Of a stretch of DNA of 64,000 bases, positions 53,650 to 63,254 are shown one piece after another; the stretch's first letter is position 1, and every line of letters starts with the position of its first letter. Position numbers and translations under genes: made by a program. The DNA is from Gemmatimonadaceae bacterium (GTDB lineage Bacteria; Gemmatimonadota; Gemmatimonadetes; Gemmatimonadales; Gemmatimonadaceae). The stretch is taken from contig JAICJQ010000004.1 in NCBI GenBank assembly GCA_025928335.1, forward strand, positions 6,228 to 70,227, written 5' to 3'. Under the pieces are notes generated by a model, which was not told the origin of the DNA, ran no database searches, and saw only the letters and a list, made by a program, of their open reading frames with translations.

Positions 53650-55083
53650 CTACGGCTCCGCGACCTTCGGCACGACGTAGACCTTTCGCAATGCGGCGAG
53701 ATACTCCTCGTGGAGCGACTTGATCGTCTGGAACTCGCGCTTGACCGTCGCGCGGAAGTCGGGATACGTCGCGAAGTCGAAGAGCAACGCGGTCATGGCC
53801 TGGGCATCGACCGTGAAGCCCTGATGGCCGACCGGACCGAGCGCATCCTGTTCCATCTCGTACGTGTGGTTCGGTGAATTCGACGTCTTGGCACTGAAGC
53901 CGACGCCCGGAATCGCGCTCGACACGCTGCCCGTCTCTTCATAGCCCTGCGGTTTGCCCGGCTCGGGAAGCACCCCGGTCGCTCCGAACTTCTTTTCGTA
54001 CGCGAAGGCGAGCTCGTCGAGCGAGCCAATGCTGATGCCGTCGCGATCCTTGCCGTAGTGATCAATCTTGACCTTGGTGCCCGTCGCCAGCGCCGCGGCG
54101 CGCGCCGCGTTATCGATCATCTCGGTGAGTTGCGCGAGGTAGACTTCGTCGGGATAGCGAATGTAAAAGTCAGCGGCGGTGCGATCGGGCACGACGTTCG
54201 GCGCGGCGCCGCCCTCGGTGATCACGCCCTGCACCCGCGCCTCGGGGCGAATATTGCTCCGGATCGCGTCGATGTTATTGAAGAGATGGATGACCGCGGT
54301 GAGCGCGTTGCGACCGTTCCAGGCTGTGAGCTGGTGCGCCGGCGCGCCGCTGAAAATGTACTTCGTGCCGTCGATGTTCATGCAGCAGGTGCCGAATCCC
54401 GCCGCCGGCCGGCTCGTCGCGCTCGTCGAGTGGCTGCGCACGAGGATGTCGGCACCGTCGAACACCTTCGACTCGTGCATTACCACCTTTGCGTTCGGCG
54501 GCATCATCTCCTCACCGGGGGCGCCGTACACGGTCACCGTTCCCGGGGTTTTCGTGCGCGCGAGATACTCGGCCATGGCCACGGCGGCGGCGATGCCAAT
54601 CGGTCCCTGAGTGCTATGCTGGTCGCCGTGGAACGCGCCCTTCGTGCCGCGCAACGCGTCGTACTCGACGATGACGCCGAGGGCGGGCGCCCCGCTGCTT
54701 TTCGTGTAGCGCGCGACGAAGGCGGTCGGCAAGCCGGGCGTTCCCATTTGCACGGTGAAGTCGTGCTTCTTGAGGTAGTCGGTGAGGATCTGCACCGACC
54801 GCTTTTCCTCGAAGCCGATCTCCGGATGCCGAGTGATGTTGTCGCCCATCGCCAGCAGGTCCGTGTCCATGAGCTGCTTGGCGCGCGCGACGACTTGATC
54901 GCGCGCTGCATTCGGGCCGGTGAGCTTGGCGACCATCGCGTTCAGGTCGAGCGAACGCTCGAGCGAGTCGAGTTTTCGGACGACGTCGCGCGCCGCGTCT
55001 CGCTCGGTCGGCGTCTCCTGCGAGACGGCGGTCCGCCCGGCGAGAACGCAAATCAGCGCGGCGACAATGCGTTTATCGAGCAT
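53650..55083 (-). CDS. M20-family metallopeptidase/amidohydrolase (AbgB-like), secreted
   Basis: Signal IVAALICVLAGRTAVSQ. HPEIGFEEKRS, EYDALRG, HGDQHS and GAPGEE blocks typical of M20D/AbgB-type amidohydrolases. Confidence 0.8.
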   Translation of the reverse strand: MLDKRIVAALICVLAGRTAVSQETPTERDAARDVVRKLDSLERSLDLNAMVAKLTGPNAARDQVVARAKQLMDTDLLAMGDNITRHPEIGFEEKRSVQILTDYLKKHDFTVQMGTPGLPTAFVARYTKSSGAPALGVIVEYDALRGTKGAFHGDQHSTQGPIGIAAAVAMAEYLARTKTPGTVTVYGAPGEEMMPPNAKVVMHESKVFDGADILVRSHSTSATSRPAAGFGTCCMNIDGTKYIFSGAPAHQLTAWNGRNALTAVIHLFNNIDAIRSNIRPEARVQGVITEGGAAPNVVPDRTAADFYIRYPDEVYLAQLTEMIDNAARAAALATGTKVKIDHYGKDRDGISIGSLDELAFAYEKKFGATGVLPEPGKPQGYEETGSVSSAIPGVGFSAKTSNSPNHTYEMEQDALGPVGHQGFTVDAQAMTALLFDFATYPDFRATVKREFQTIKSLHEEYLAALRKVYVVPKVAEP

Positions 55084-55137
55084 TCTCAGATCTCCAAATA
55101 ACGCGATTGGGTGCTTCGCTCGTTCGAGACGATCGCC

Positions 55138-55641
55138 CTACACATATCGGCCAACCGCCATCGTGATGACGGCGATCACGAGCAGGGGCAGCACGATGTT
55201 CGTGCCCCGCTGAATCCGAGCCTGGTATGCGGCCAGCCGTGTCGCGGCTTCTCCCTGTGGCGGCCCATCGCCCGCCTTGAGGATTTTCGCGATTTCGCCC
55301 ATCGACTTGCCGATCATCACGCCGCCGATCAGAAAGGCGATGATCGCCGCCAGCGCGCCGATGCTGATCGTCATTCCCGAGCGCGTCGCGGCCCAATTCC
55401 CGCCGGACGTGGTGTTTCGCCAGAAGAGAAACAGACCGGCGACGACGTTGATGCCGGCGACCGCCGGAAAATACGCGGCGATACGCGTCTTGGTGAGCAG
55501 ATGGCCCATGAACTGCCCGCCGGCCGGCCCGATCGCGCGAACCGTCGGTTGAATGAACAGTGCGATCAACACCACTCCGCCAACCCATAGTACGCCAAAG
55601 AAAATATGCAGCAGACGAAACAGCAGCATCGCGGAATACAT
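55138..55641 (-). CDS. Hypothetical integral membrane protein (4 predicted TM helices)
   Basis: Hydrophobic segments LLHIFFGVLWVGGVVLIALF, AAYFPAVAGINVVAGLFLF, ISIGALAAIIAFLIGGVMI and IVLPLLVIAVITMAV. No catalytic motif. Confidence 0.7.
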   Translation of the reverse strand: MYSAMLLFRLLHIFFGVLWVGGVVLIALFIQPTVRAIGPAGGQFMGHLLTKTRIAAYFPAVAGINVVAGLFLFWRNTTSGGNWAATRSGMTISIGALAAIIAFLIGGVMIGKSMGEIAKILKAGDGPPQGEAATRLAAYQARIQRGTNIVLPLLVIAVITMAVGRYV

Positions 55642-55665
55642 GGATAGCCTCGCGTCGGACGTTGG

Positions 55666-56517
55666 TTAGGAGCGCTGCAACAGGACGATTCCCGAAAAAC
55701 GCGCGAAGCTCTTCTGCGTCTCTCGAGATCGTAGCTTGCCAAGGAAATTCCACAGCCAGGCGCCGCGCATCTGCCGCTTCAGGCGCTTCGCCTCGAGCCA
55801 CGACGATCGAAACTGCTCTTCGCGCCAACCATACGGCTCGAAGAACTTCGTGCTTTCCTCCGGAGCAAAACGAAAGGGTGCGTTGCCTGCGCCGACCGTC
55901 TTGCCCCAACTCCGCGACATCCACTTGAGCAACATCGGACTCGCGAGGTCGATCGTCCACCAGCGGAAGCTGTTCGGATCGTGGAGATCGCGCGCGAGGC
56001 CGGCGACATCGTCCGGTGTCAGATAGATCAACAGCCCTTCGCTCAACACGAGCACGCGTGACGACTCCCCGCCCACCTGCGAGAACAACGCGCGCCGGCG
56101 CGCCGCATCCGTGAGGTCGACCCGGACCGCTTCGTAGCGCACGACAGGCTTCTCGTCGCGCAGCATGTCGATCTTGTAGTCCAGAATTCCGGGAAGATCG
56201 ACGTCGATCCAACGGAGGTTCGGTGGAAGCGACGACATGCGCCAAGCGCGCGCGTCGAGTCCCGCCGCGAGGTTGAGAACGCAGTCCACTCCGGCGGCGA
56301 CGCGATCGAGAATGATCTCGTCGAAGATGGCGGTGCGAACGATCATCGCCCACGCGGTCTGCTTGCCGCGGGGCATGTTGTCGACGATCTCCTGACCCTT
56401 GGTGCCGGCCAGCTTTCGCGCGAACGGATCGTGGAAGATCGCGTCGCGTCGCTCACTCTCCATCGCCCGGTAGACGGCGACCCAACGGGCGGTATCCGAA
56501 ACGTTTTCGATGGGCAT
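55666..56517 (-). CDS. Class I SAM-dependent methyltransferase (LCMT / mycobacterial O-methyltransferase-like family)
   Basis: SDTARWVAVYRAMESERRDAIFHDPFARKLAG and the SAM-binding VLNLAAGLDARAWR. ATG 56517 is preferred over the TTG at 56586. Confidence 0.8.
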   Translation of the reverse strand: MPIENVSDTARWVAVYRAMESERRDAIFHDPFARKLAGTKGQEIVDNMPRGKQTAWAMIVRTAIFDEIILDRVAAGVDCVLNLAAGLDARAWRMSSLPPNLRWIDVDLPGILDYKIDMLRDEKPVVRYEAVRVDLTDAARRRALFSQVGGESSRVLVLSEGLLIYLTPDDVAGLARDLHDPNSFRWWTIDLASPMLLKWMSRSWGKTVGAGNAPFRFAPEESTKFFEPYGWREEQFRSSWLEAKRLKRQMRGAWLWNFLGKLRSRETQKSFARFSGIVLLQRS

Positions 56518-56703
56518 TGGTGCTCGCGTTGGTCCGAGTCCCCGGGCCGGCTGGGGGGCCGCGCCGACGCGGATGCTATCGGTCAAGACGCGGGCTGGCT
56601 AGAGGCCGAGCCCGATTTGACCCATACTCGACGGAGGCGACCCTAGCGATCCCTCGGTGCCGAGGGGCAGAATAATCCCGACCTCAATCCCCGGACTGGC
56701 CAG

Positions 56704-59700
56704 ATGTCACGCCGCTCTCACAGGCTGCAGCGCGCAATCGCCGCAACGCTTGGCGTCGCTCCGCTCGCCGTCGGCGCTGCGCAAACGCGCATGCTCCGAT
56801 CTCCCACCGTCAGCAAAACCCAAATCGCCTTCGCCTACGCGAACAACATCTGGACGGTCGATCGTAGCGGCGGCTTGGCACGCCGGCTGACGAGCTTCCA
56901 GGGCACGACGGAGAATCCGAAGTTCTCGCCCGATGGAAAACTGATTGCCTTCAGCGCGCAGTACGCCGGGAACGTCGACGTCTACGTCATCCCGGCCGAA
57001 GGCGGCGAGCCGAAACGGCTCACATGGCACCCGGGGGCCGACGTCGTTCAAGGATGGACGCCCGACGGCAAGTCCGTCGTCTTCGCGTCACCGCGAGCGA
57101 CAGCTGCACCGACCGCTGCACCGCGCTTCTGGACGGTCCCTGTTGAAGGGGGCGTGGAGCAGCCGATGGCGTTGCCGCGCGCATATCAGGGCAAGATCTC
57201 GCCTGACGGCCGCCACATCGCGTACCGCATGAACAACTCGTGGGACGAAGAGCGGCGAAACTATCGCGGCGGACAGAATCGCCCGATCTGGATCGTCGAT
57301 CTCAAATCCTACGATCTCGAGACGACGCCCAATGGCACGGCGACGGATCTCGTGGTCGCGCAGGCGGGCGCGCCGCGCGGTTCCGCGCATTTCACGCCGA
57401 ACAACCCCGAATCCAAGAACATGGATCCGGTGTGGGTCGGCAACGACGTCGTCGATTTCATCTCCGACCGCGACGGCGTCGCGAACGTGTGGAGCTACGA
57501 CTCGAAGACCAAAAAGCTGTCGCAACTCACGTCCTTCTCCGATTTCGACGTGAAAGCGCTCGACGCGGCGTCCGATGGCGACGCCATCGTGTTCGAGCAA
57601 GCCGGCAACATCCACCTCATGGAGAAAGGCGGAAAGGACCACGTCGTGAACATCACGGCAGCGGGCGACTTCCCGTGGATGATGCCGCAATGGAAGGACG
57701 TCACCGCCAACATGACGAACATGACGCTCTCGCCGACGGGGAAGCGCATCGCCGTGGAAGCGCGCGGTGAGATCTTCACGATCCCGGCCGAGCGCGGCGA
57801 CATTAGAAATCTCACAAACTCCAGCGCGTCCGCCGAGCGCGAACCCGCGTGGTCGCCCGACGGCAAATCACTGTCGTATTTCAGCGACCGCTCGGGCGAA
57901 TATGCGTTATACATCGAGGCGGCCGATGGTCTGACCCCGCCACGCGAGATCAAGATTCCAACCACCGGCCATTTCTACACCGCCGCGTGGTCGCCGGACG
58001 GCAAGCGGATCATGTTCCACGACACCAACCTGAAGTTGTGGGTCGTGGACGTGGCGACGGGACAGGCGAAGGTCGTCGGCAACGATCCGTGGATGGTGCC
58101 GGCGCGTACGATGAATCCGGCGTGGTCTCCCGACGGGAAATGGATCGCCTACGCCAAGCACTTGAATTCATTGTACAAAGCGATCGAGGTCGTGAACGTC
58201 GAGACGGGTGTGGCCAAGCAGGTGACGGACGGCCTCGCCGACGCGATCACGCCGGCATGGGACGCGAGCGGGAAGTACCTCTGGTTCCTCGCCTCGACGG
58301 ACTTCGGGCTGCGCTCCCAGTGGCTCGACATGACCAACAACGATCACATCGAGAACTTCGGTCTCTACGCCGTGGTGTTGCGCAAGAATGATCCGTCGCC
58401 GTTCCTGCCGGAAAGCGACGAAGAAGGCGCGGCGCCGGCGGGCGGCGGCTTTTCCGGGGGCGGACGTGCCGGCCGCGGTGGCGGCGTAGCAGCGGCAGCA
58501 GGTGACAGCTCGGGCGGCACGGGCGAACGCCCCGCGGCGCCGCGAGCACCAATGCCGAACGTGCAAATCGATTTCGACGGTCTACAGCATCGCATCCTGA
58601 CCGTGCCCGGCATCGCCGAACACCAATATTCGAATCTGAAAGCGGGTGCCGCGGGGATGGTGTACTTCCTCGAGGCCGGGGCTGGCGGCGGCGGTCGGGG
58701 TGGCGCGGGTGGGTCGACGCTGCACCGCTATTCGCTGCGCGATCATCGGGACCTGCAGTTCGTTTCCGGCGCGTCGGACTATGATGTCAGCGCCGATGGC
58801 CACAAGCTCGTCTACCGCGCCGGCGGCGGTGGTGGCGGGGGACGCGGTCGTGGCGGCGCAGGGGGCGCCGGTGGTGGCCCGGGCCTATTCCTGGCCGACG
58901 CCGACCGCACTCCGCCCCAGGCCGGTCAGGGCCGAATCAATGCCGATCTCCGCGCATACGTCGACCCGAAGGCGGAGTTCAAGCAGATCTTCGACGAAGC
59001 GTGGCGCAATCAGCGCGATTACCTGTACGTCACCAACGAACACGGCGCCGATTGGCCAAGGATCAAGCAGATGTACTCGCAGTTCGTGCCGTTCGTGAAT
59101 CATCGCGCCGATCTGAACTATCTCGTCGACATGATGGGCGCCGAGATCTCGATCGGACACTCGTACGTTCGCGGCGGCGACATGCCCGACATCCCCGCCG
59201 CCGTGCCCGGCGGGCTACTTGGCGCCGACTTCGCGATCGAGAACGGACGCTATCGCATCACGAAGATCTACGATGAGGAAAATTGGAATCCGGATCTTCG
59301 CGCGCCGTTGGCGGCGCCGGGCGTCGATGTTCGCGTCGGCGACTACATCCTGGCGATCAATGGACAGGACCTGAAGGCGCCCGACAACATTTATCGACTG
59401 TTGGATGGAACCGCGAACAAGCAGACCGCACTCGTCGTGAACGCGACACCGACCGCGGATGGAGCTCGTCACGTCACCGTCGTGCCGGTGGCGACCGAGC
59501 AGAACTTGCGCACGCGCGCCTGGGTCGAGAACAACAGGCGAATCGTCGACTCCCTGTCGCACGGCCAGCTCGCGTACGTGTATCTGCCGAATACCGGCGT
59601 CCCGGGCTACACGAGCTTCAACCGGTATTACTTCGCACAGCAGGACAAGAAGGGCGCCGTGATCGATGAGCGATACAACGGCGGCGGACAGGCGGCGGAC

Positions 59701-60198
59701 TACATCATCGACGTGCTCCAGCGCGACTTCGACGGCTACTTCAACAACGTGGCCGGCGACCGCATGCCGTTCACCAGCCCCGCGGCGGGCATCTGGGGTC
59801 CGAAGGTGATGATCATCAACGAAATGGCGGGATCGGGCGGCGATCTCATGCCATACATGTTCCGCTACCGCAAGATCGGGACGCTGGTCGGCAAGCGGAC
59901 GTGGGGTGGCTTGGTGCATACCGCCGACACACCGCCGTTCGTCGACGGCGGCTCAGCCATCGCGCCGCGCGGTGGATTCTTCGCCCGAGATGGGAAGTGG
60001 GCCGTGGAGAACGAAGGTGTCGCGCCGGACATCGACGTCGAGAACACGCCGAAGGAGGTCATCGGCGGGCACGACCCGCAGCTCGAGACAGCGGTCGAGG
60101 AAGCAATGAAGCAGCTTCAGGCGCACCCGGTGGACCGCGCGACGAAGGAGCCGCCGCCGCCGACTTGGGGTAAGCGCATCAAGCCGCCGATGCACTAA
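56704..60198 (+). CDS. Tricorn protease homolog (S41B): PD40 beta-propellers + PDZ + C-terminal serine-peptidase domain, secreted
   Basis: N-terminal LRSPTVSKTQIAFAYANNIWTVDRSGGLARRLTSFQGTTENPKFSPDGKLIAF. Multiple SPDGK blades. PDZ region VGDYILAINGQDL. Catalytic region INEMAGSGGDLM...GKRTWGG. Confidence 0.9.
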   Translation: MSRRSHRLQRAIAATLGVAPLAVGAAQTRMLRSPTVSKTQIAFAYANNIWTVDRSGGLARRLTSFQGTTENPKFSPDGKLIAFSAQYAGNVDVYVIPAEGGEPKRLTWHPGADVVQGWTPDGKSVVFASPRATAAPTAAPRFWTVPVEGGVEQPMALPRAYQGKISPDGRHIAYRMNNSWDEERRNYRGGQNRPIWIVDLKSYDLETTPNGTATDLVVAQAGAPRGSAHFTPNNPESKNMDPVWVGNDVVDFISDRDGVANVWSYDSKTKKLSQLTSFSDFDVKALDAASDGDAIVFEQAGNIHLMEKGGKDHVVNITAAGDFPWMMPQWKDVTANMTNMTLSPTGKRIAVEARGEIFTIPAERGDIRNLTNSSASAEREPAWSPDGKSLSYFSDRSGEYALYIEAADGLTPPREIKIPTTGHFYTAAWSPDGKRIMFHDTNLKLWVVDVATGQAKVVGNDPWMVPARTMNPAWSPDGKWIAYAKHLNSLYKAIEVVNVETGVAKQVTDGLADAITPAWDASGKYLWFLASTDFGLRSQWLDMTNNDHIENFGLYAVVLRKNDPSPFLPESDEEGAAPAGGGFSGGGRAGRGGGVAAAAGDSSGGTGERPAAPRAPMPNVQIDFDGLQHRILTVPGIAEHQYSNLKAGAAGMVYFLEAGAGGGGRGGAGGSTLHRYSLRDHRDLQFVSGASDYDVSADGHKLVYRAGGGGGGGRGRGGAGGAGGGPGLFLADADRTPPQAGQGRINADLRAYVDPKAEFKQIFDEAWRNQRDYLYVTNEHGADWPRIKQMYSQFVPFVNHRADLNYLVDMMGAEISIGHSYVRGGDMPDIPAAVPGGLLGADFAIENGRYRITKIYDEENWNPDLRAPLAAPGVDVRVGDYILAINGQDLKAPDNIYRLLDGTANKQTALVVNATPTADGARHVTVVPVATEQNLRTRAWVENNRRIVDSLSHGQLAYVYLPNTGVPGYTSFNRYYFAQQDKKGAVIDERYNGGGQAADYIIDVLQRDFDGYFNNVAGDRMPFTSPAAGIWGPKVMIINEMAGSGGDLMPYMFRYRKIGTLVGKRTWGGLVHTADTPPFVDGGSAIAPRGGFFARDGKWAVENEGVAPDIDVENTPKEVIGGHDPQLETAVEEAMKQLQAHPVDRATKEPPPPTWGKRIKPPMH

Positions 60199-60219
60199 CG
60201 CACGGCGGAAGCAACGAAC

Positions 60220-60250
60220 GAAAGGGGCAACCGAGTTGGTTGCCCCTTTC
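60220..60250. terminator. Bidirectional hairpin terminator between convergent genes
   Basis: Perfect 13-bp stem GAAAGGGGCAACC-GAGTT-GGTTGCCCCTTTC. It lies 22 nt after the tricorn stop and 12 nt after the stop of the minus-strand gene. Confidence 0.75.
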
Positions 60251-60261
60251 GGTTCTCGGCA

Positions 60262-60864
60262 TCATCGTGCTATGCGCTCGAGCCTGGGCGGACGCTTCCC
60301 GTGACGAACCGCGCCGATCACCGGTTCGTACTCCAGTTCACGACAATCGCGCGCATGACGGAGGAGTAGGCCGCCGCGGCTCATATCTCCACGCCCGACG
60401 AACGTGGACGGAAAGACGAGCCGCTTTCCGAAAACCGCGGTCAACGTGTCGCAGTACTTCCCCGTCGCGATGCTTCCGAGCAAGACGACCAACGATTCGG
60501 CGTGAAGACGATCCCCGAGCTCTTCGGCGTGCCTTCGCAGCGGCGCCACGTATCGCTCGCCTGCGGTCGCCAGATCAACTTTCGCGAACGCTAACAGATC
60601 GGTCCGCGTGATCATGGTGCCGGGCGTGACGAGCCCACGATCGGTCGTGATGACGAACCCGCCGGCCGGCTGCCCGAACGCGGTCGCGTAGGCGAGTTTG
60701 CCGCGGAAATAGAGGCCGCTCAGGAAGCTGAATACTTCACCGATCGGAGCGCCTTCCGGCGCACGAATGCGCCGCGCCAGATCGAACGTCGCCGCGGGAT
60801 TCAACAGCATCTGCGCGCGCCGGCCGTCGCAACGGGCCGGGGAAAGCAAGAACACACGACTCAT
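60262..60864 (-). CDS. Conserved-looking hypothetical protein (about 200 aa)
   Basis: ATG 60864 is internal to listed ORF 60262..60942. Distinctive blocks LLSPARCDGRRAQML, FSFLSGLYFRGKLAYA, LLGSIATGKY and FVGRGDMSRGGLLLR. I cannot assign a family. Confidence 0.6.
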   Translation of the reverse strand: MSRVFLLSPARCDGRRAQMLLNPAATFDLARRIRAPEGAPIGEVFSFLSGLYFRGKLAYATAFGQPAGGFVITTDRGLVTPGTMITRTDLLAFAKVDLATAGERYVAPLRRHAEELGDRLHAESLVVLLGSIATGKYCDTLTAVFGKRLVFPSTFVGRGDMSRGGLLLRHARDCRELEYEPVIGAVRHGKRPPRLERIAR

Positions 60865-60957
60865 TCGCAGAAGTCTATACTCGTGTCTTCGCGCCGAATA
60901 TCGTGAGCGGTCCGCCCGTGGGGCCGGGAAGGCGAGGGGCACCGCACAAAGTCGGTC

Positions 60958-60986
60958 GTGACAAGTGGATCATTCTCTCCTACAAT
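60958..60986 (+). promoter_or_regulatory. Near-consensus sigma70-type promoter upstream of the DUF350/SLT gene pair
   Basis: GTGACA-17 nt-TACAAT, about 75 nt upstream of the GTG at 61061. Confidence 0.4.
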
Positions 60987-61060
60987 ACGGCGAAACCCGC
61001 CGAGTCCGCCACACGTTATTTGAGTGGATGGCTCGACCTCCCGTTCCGAGGTGATCGTCG

Positions 61061-61264
61061 GTGCAGCTCTCCATTCTCGTGTTGAATCTCGTCTACGCCG
61101 CATTGGGCGTGGTGCTGATGTACGTGAGCTATCGGATTATCGACCGGCTCACGCCCGAGGTGGATTTCCCGGCGGAGCTCAAGCGCGGCAACATCGCCGT
61201 GGCGATCTTCATCGCCGCGCTGTTCATCGCCATCGCGCTCATCGTTGGGCGCGCGATCAGCTGA
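61061..61264 (+). CDS. DUF350-family small membrane protein
   Basis: GTG preceded by GAGGTGA. Two TM helices with the linker YRIIDRLTPEVDFPAELKRGNIAVAI, characteristic of DUF350. Confidence 0.7.
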   Translation: MQLSILVLNLVYAALGVVLMYVSYRIIDRLTPEVDFPAELKRGNIAVAIFIAALFIAIALIVGRAIS

Positions 61265-61266
61265 CG

Positions 61267-61911
61267 ATGCGCCTCGCTGCCGCCTCCGCGCTGGCGTTTG
61301 CGCTGTGCTCATCCGCGAGCGCTCAGGATACCGCCTCGACGCGCACGACGCTCGGCAAAGCGACGGATGTCTTCGAGCGCGCCGCCTCGGCGCGCGCGGC
61401 GAAGAAGGTGAGCGAGCGCTATGACCCCGCGTTTCGGAAATACACGAAGCGATATTTCGGCCCGGCGTTCGACTGGCGCTATTTCAAGGCGCAGGGGTTC
61501 GCGGAAAGTGGACTCAAGCCGAACGCGACCAGCTGGGTCGGCGCACGTGGCGTGATGCAGTTGATGCCATCGACCTACCAGGAGATTGCATCGCACCGGC
61601 CGGAGTTCGGACCGATTGATCAACCCGAGTGGAACATCGCCGCGGGGATCATGCACGACCGTTACCTGTGGAATCTGTGGCTCAACACAGTCCCGGATGA
61701 CGAACGGCATCGGTTTATGTTTGCGAGCTACAACGCCGGCGAAGGAACGATCAACCGCGCCTTCGCCGCCGCGAAATCCAAAGGCAGCGTCCCCGCCTGG
61801 TCGAGCATCGAGCTGATCGCCCCGACGGTTCAACGGTGGCGCTACAGCGAGACGCTCGGCTACGTCAGGCGGATCGACAGTACCTACGCGAGGCTCACCG
61901 GGATCCGGTGA
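61267..61911 (+). CDS. Lytic transglycosylase (SLT domain), secreted
   Basis: Signal MRLAAASALAFALCSSASAQ. Catalytic Glu region FKAQGFAESGLKPNATSWVGARGVMQLMPSTY. AGIMHDRYL and ASYNAGEG blocks. Confidence 0.85.
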   Translation: MRLAAASALAFALCSSASAQDTASTRTTLGKATDVFERAASARAAKKVSERYDPAFRKYTKRYFGPAFDWRYFKAQGFAESGLKPNATSWVGARGVMQLMPSTYQEIASHRPEFGPIDQPEWNIAAGIMHDRYLWNLWLNTVPDDERHRFMFASYNAGEGTINRAFAAAKSKGSVPAWSSIELIAPTVQRWRYSETLGYVRRIDSTYARLTGIR

Positions 61912-61918
61912 GGGCTCG

Positions 61919-63181
61919 CTACACAGGGATTTCGATCGATTCGCTTTGTTTCGTGAAAAACCGCGGACCGCTTTCCGTCACGTGCAGACAATCCTCGAGG
62001 CGAATTCCAAACTCGCCGTAGATCACGATCGTCGGTTCGTCGCTGAAGCACATCCCCGGTTGGATCTTCGTCGTGTTCCCTTTGACGAAATTCGTCCACT
62101 CGTGACCATCGAGACCGATGCCGTGGCCGGTGCGGTGTGGCAGACCGGGGACCTTGTAACCGGGGCCGAAACCGGCATCGCCAATCACTTTTCGCGCAGC
62201 CGCGTCCACTGATTCGCACGTCGCACCGACCTTCGCCGCGGCGAAGGCTGCATTCTGCGCCTTCTTCTCGATGTCCCAGACGTCGCGCTGGCGCTGCGTT
62301 GCTTTGCCGAACACCGTCGTGCGCGTAATGTCGGACGTGTAGCCCTCGACGGTGCATCCCGCGTCGATGAGGACGACGTCGCCCTCCTTCAGCTTTTGCG
62401 GCTGGACGCTACCGTGCGGAAATGCCGTGTACTTCCCGAAGATCACCAGTGCACCGTCGGCGTTCCCGCCGAGCTTCTTGGTAGCCGCGGCGACGTTGGC
62501 GCCCAACTCCTGGTTGGTCATTCCTTCTTTCATCGACTTGAATGACGTGTTGATCGCCTGAAGCGTAATGTCGTTCGCGCGCTGCATCAGCGCGATTTCA
62601 GCGGGCGACTTGATCATGCGACAGCCGGCCGTCACCGGAGTCGCGCTGACGAATTGAGCGCCCGGCAGTCGTTGACGCACGCCATCGAAGATGAAAAACC
62701 GAACCCGCTCCTCGAAGCCAACCTTGCCGGCCGCGGCGCCACGATCGCGCAGGATGCCGGCGATCACCTCGTACGGACTTTCGTCTTCCTGCCAAACGCG
62801 TACGTCATTCGAGAACTTGATCAGCTCACGCGCGCGCTGCTCCTCGAACGCCGGGGTGACCCACGCGAGCTCGCCTTTCGCCGGAATGACAACGCCGAAC
62901 GTGCGCTCGCTGTTTCCCCACCGTACGCCGGTGAAGTACACCATGCTCGAGCCGCCCTCGAGAAACATCGCGGCGATGCCGTTGTCGGCCATCAGCCGCC
63001 TCGCTTTCTCGATGCGTGCGCGTCGCTCGTCGTCGGTGATCGGCGCGGGCGCTCCCTGTGGTTGTATGAGAAGCCTCTCGATTGATGTCGTGGCGCGCTC
63101 CGCGCCGGCGAGCACCGGCTGAGCGACGGCGAGCGCACCGGCCGCGCCGGCGGATGTGCGAACGAAAGAACGGCGATCCAT
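61919..63181 (-). CDS. Tat-exported M24-family Xaa-Pro dipeptidase/aminopeptidase
   Basis: ATG 63181 with GGAGAAG upstream. Tat signal MDRRSFVRTSAGAAGALAVAQP. Metal ligands VLIDAGCTVEGYTSDITRT, HRTGHGIGLDGHE, FSDEPTI and IRLED. Confidence 0.85.
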   Translation of the reverse strand: MDRRSFVRTSAGAAGALAVAQPVLAGAERATTSIERLLIQPQGAPAPITDDERRARIEKARRLMADNGIAAMFLEGGSSMVYFTGVRWGNSERTFGVVIPAKGELAWVTPAFEEQRARELIKFSNDVRVWQEDESPYEVIAGILRDRGAAAGKVGFEERVRFFIFDGVRQRLPGAQFVSATPVTAGCRMIKSPAEIALMQRANDITLQAINTSFKSMKEGMTNQELGANVAAATKKLGGNADGALVIFGKYTAFPHGSVQPQKLKEGDVVLIDAGCTVEGYTSDITRTTVFGKATQRQRDVWDIEKKAQNAAFAAAKVGATCESVDAAARKVIGDAGFGPGYKVPGLPHRTGHGIGLDGHEWTNFVKGNTTKIQPGMCFSDEPTIVIYGEFGIRLEDCLHVTESGPRFFTKQSESIEIPV

Positions 63182-63254
63182 GACTTCTCCAAGGTACGAT
63201 CGGAGCCGCAATGGTACCCGCCGGCGGCGGCGCGGGCAATTCCCGCCCTTCAGG

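Noticed and set aside
54058-55101. 347-aa + strand ORF
   Set aside because: It is antisense to the M20 peptidase gene. No motif.
55073-56353. 426-aa - strand ORF
   Set aside because: It overlaps, out of frame, both the 4-TM membrane protein gene and the SAM methyltransferase gene on the same strand. It is extremely Arg-rich. The two shorter genes each have coherent features.
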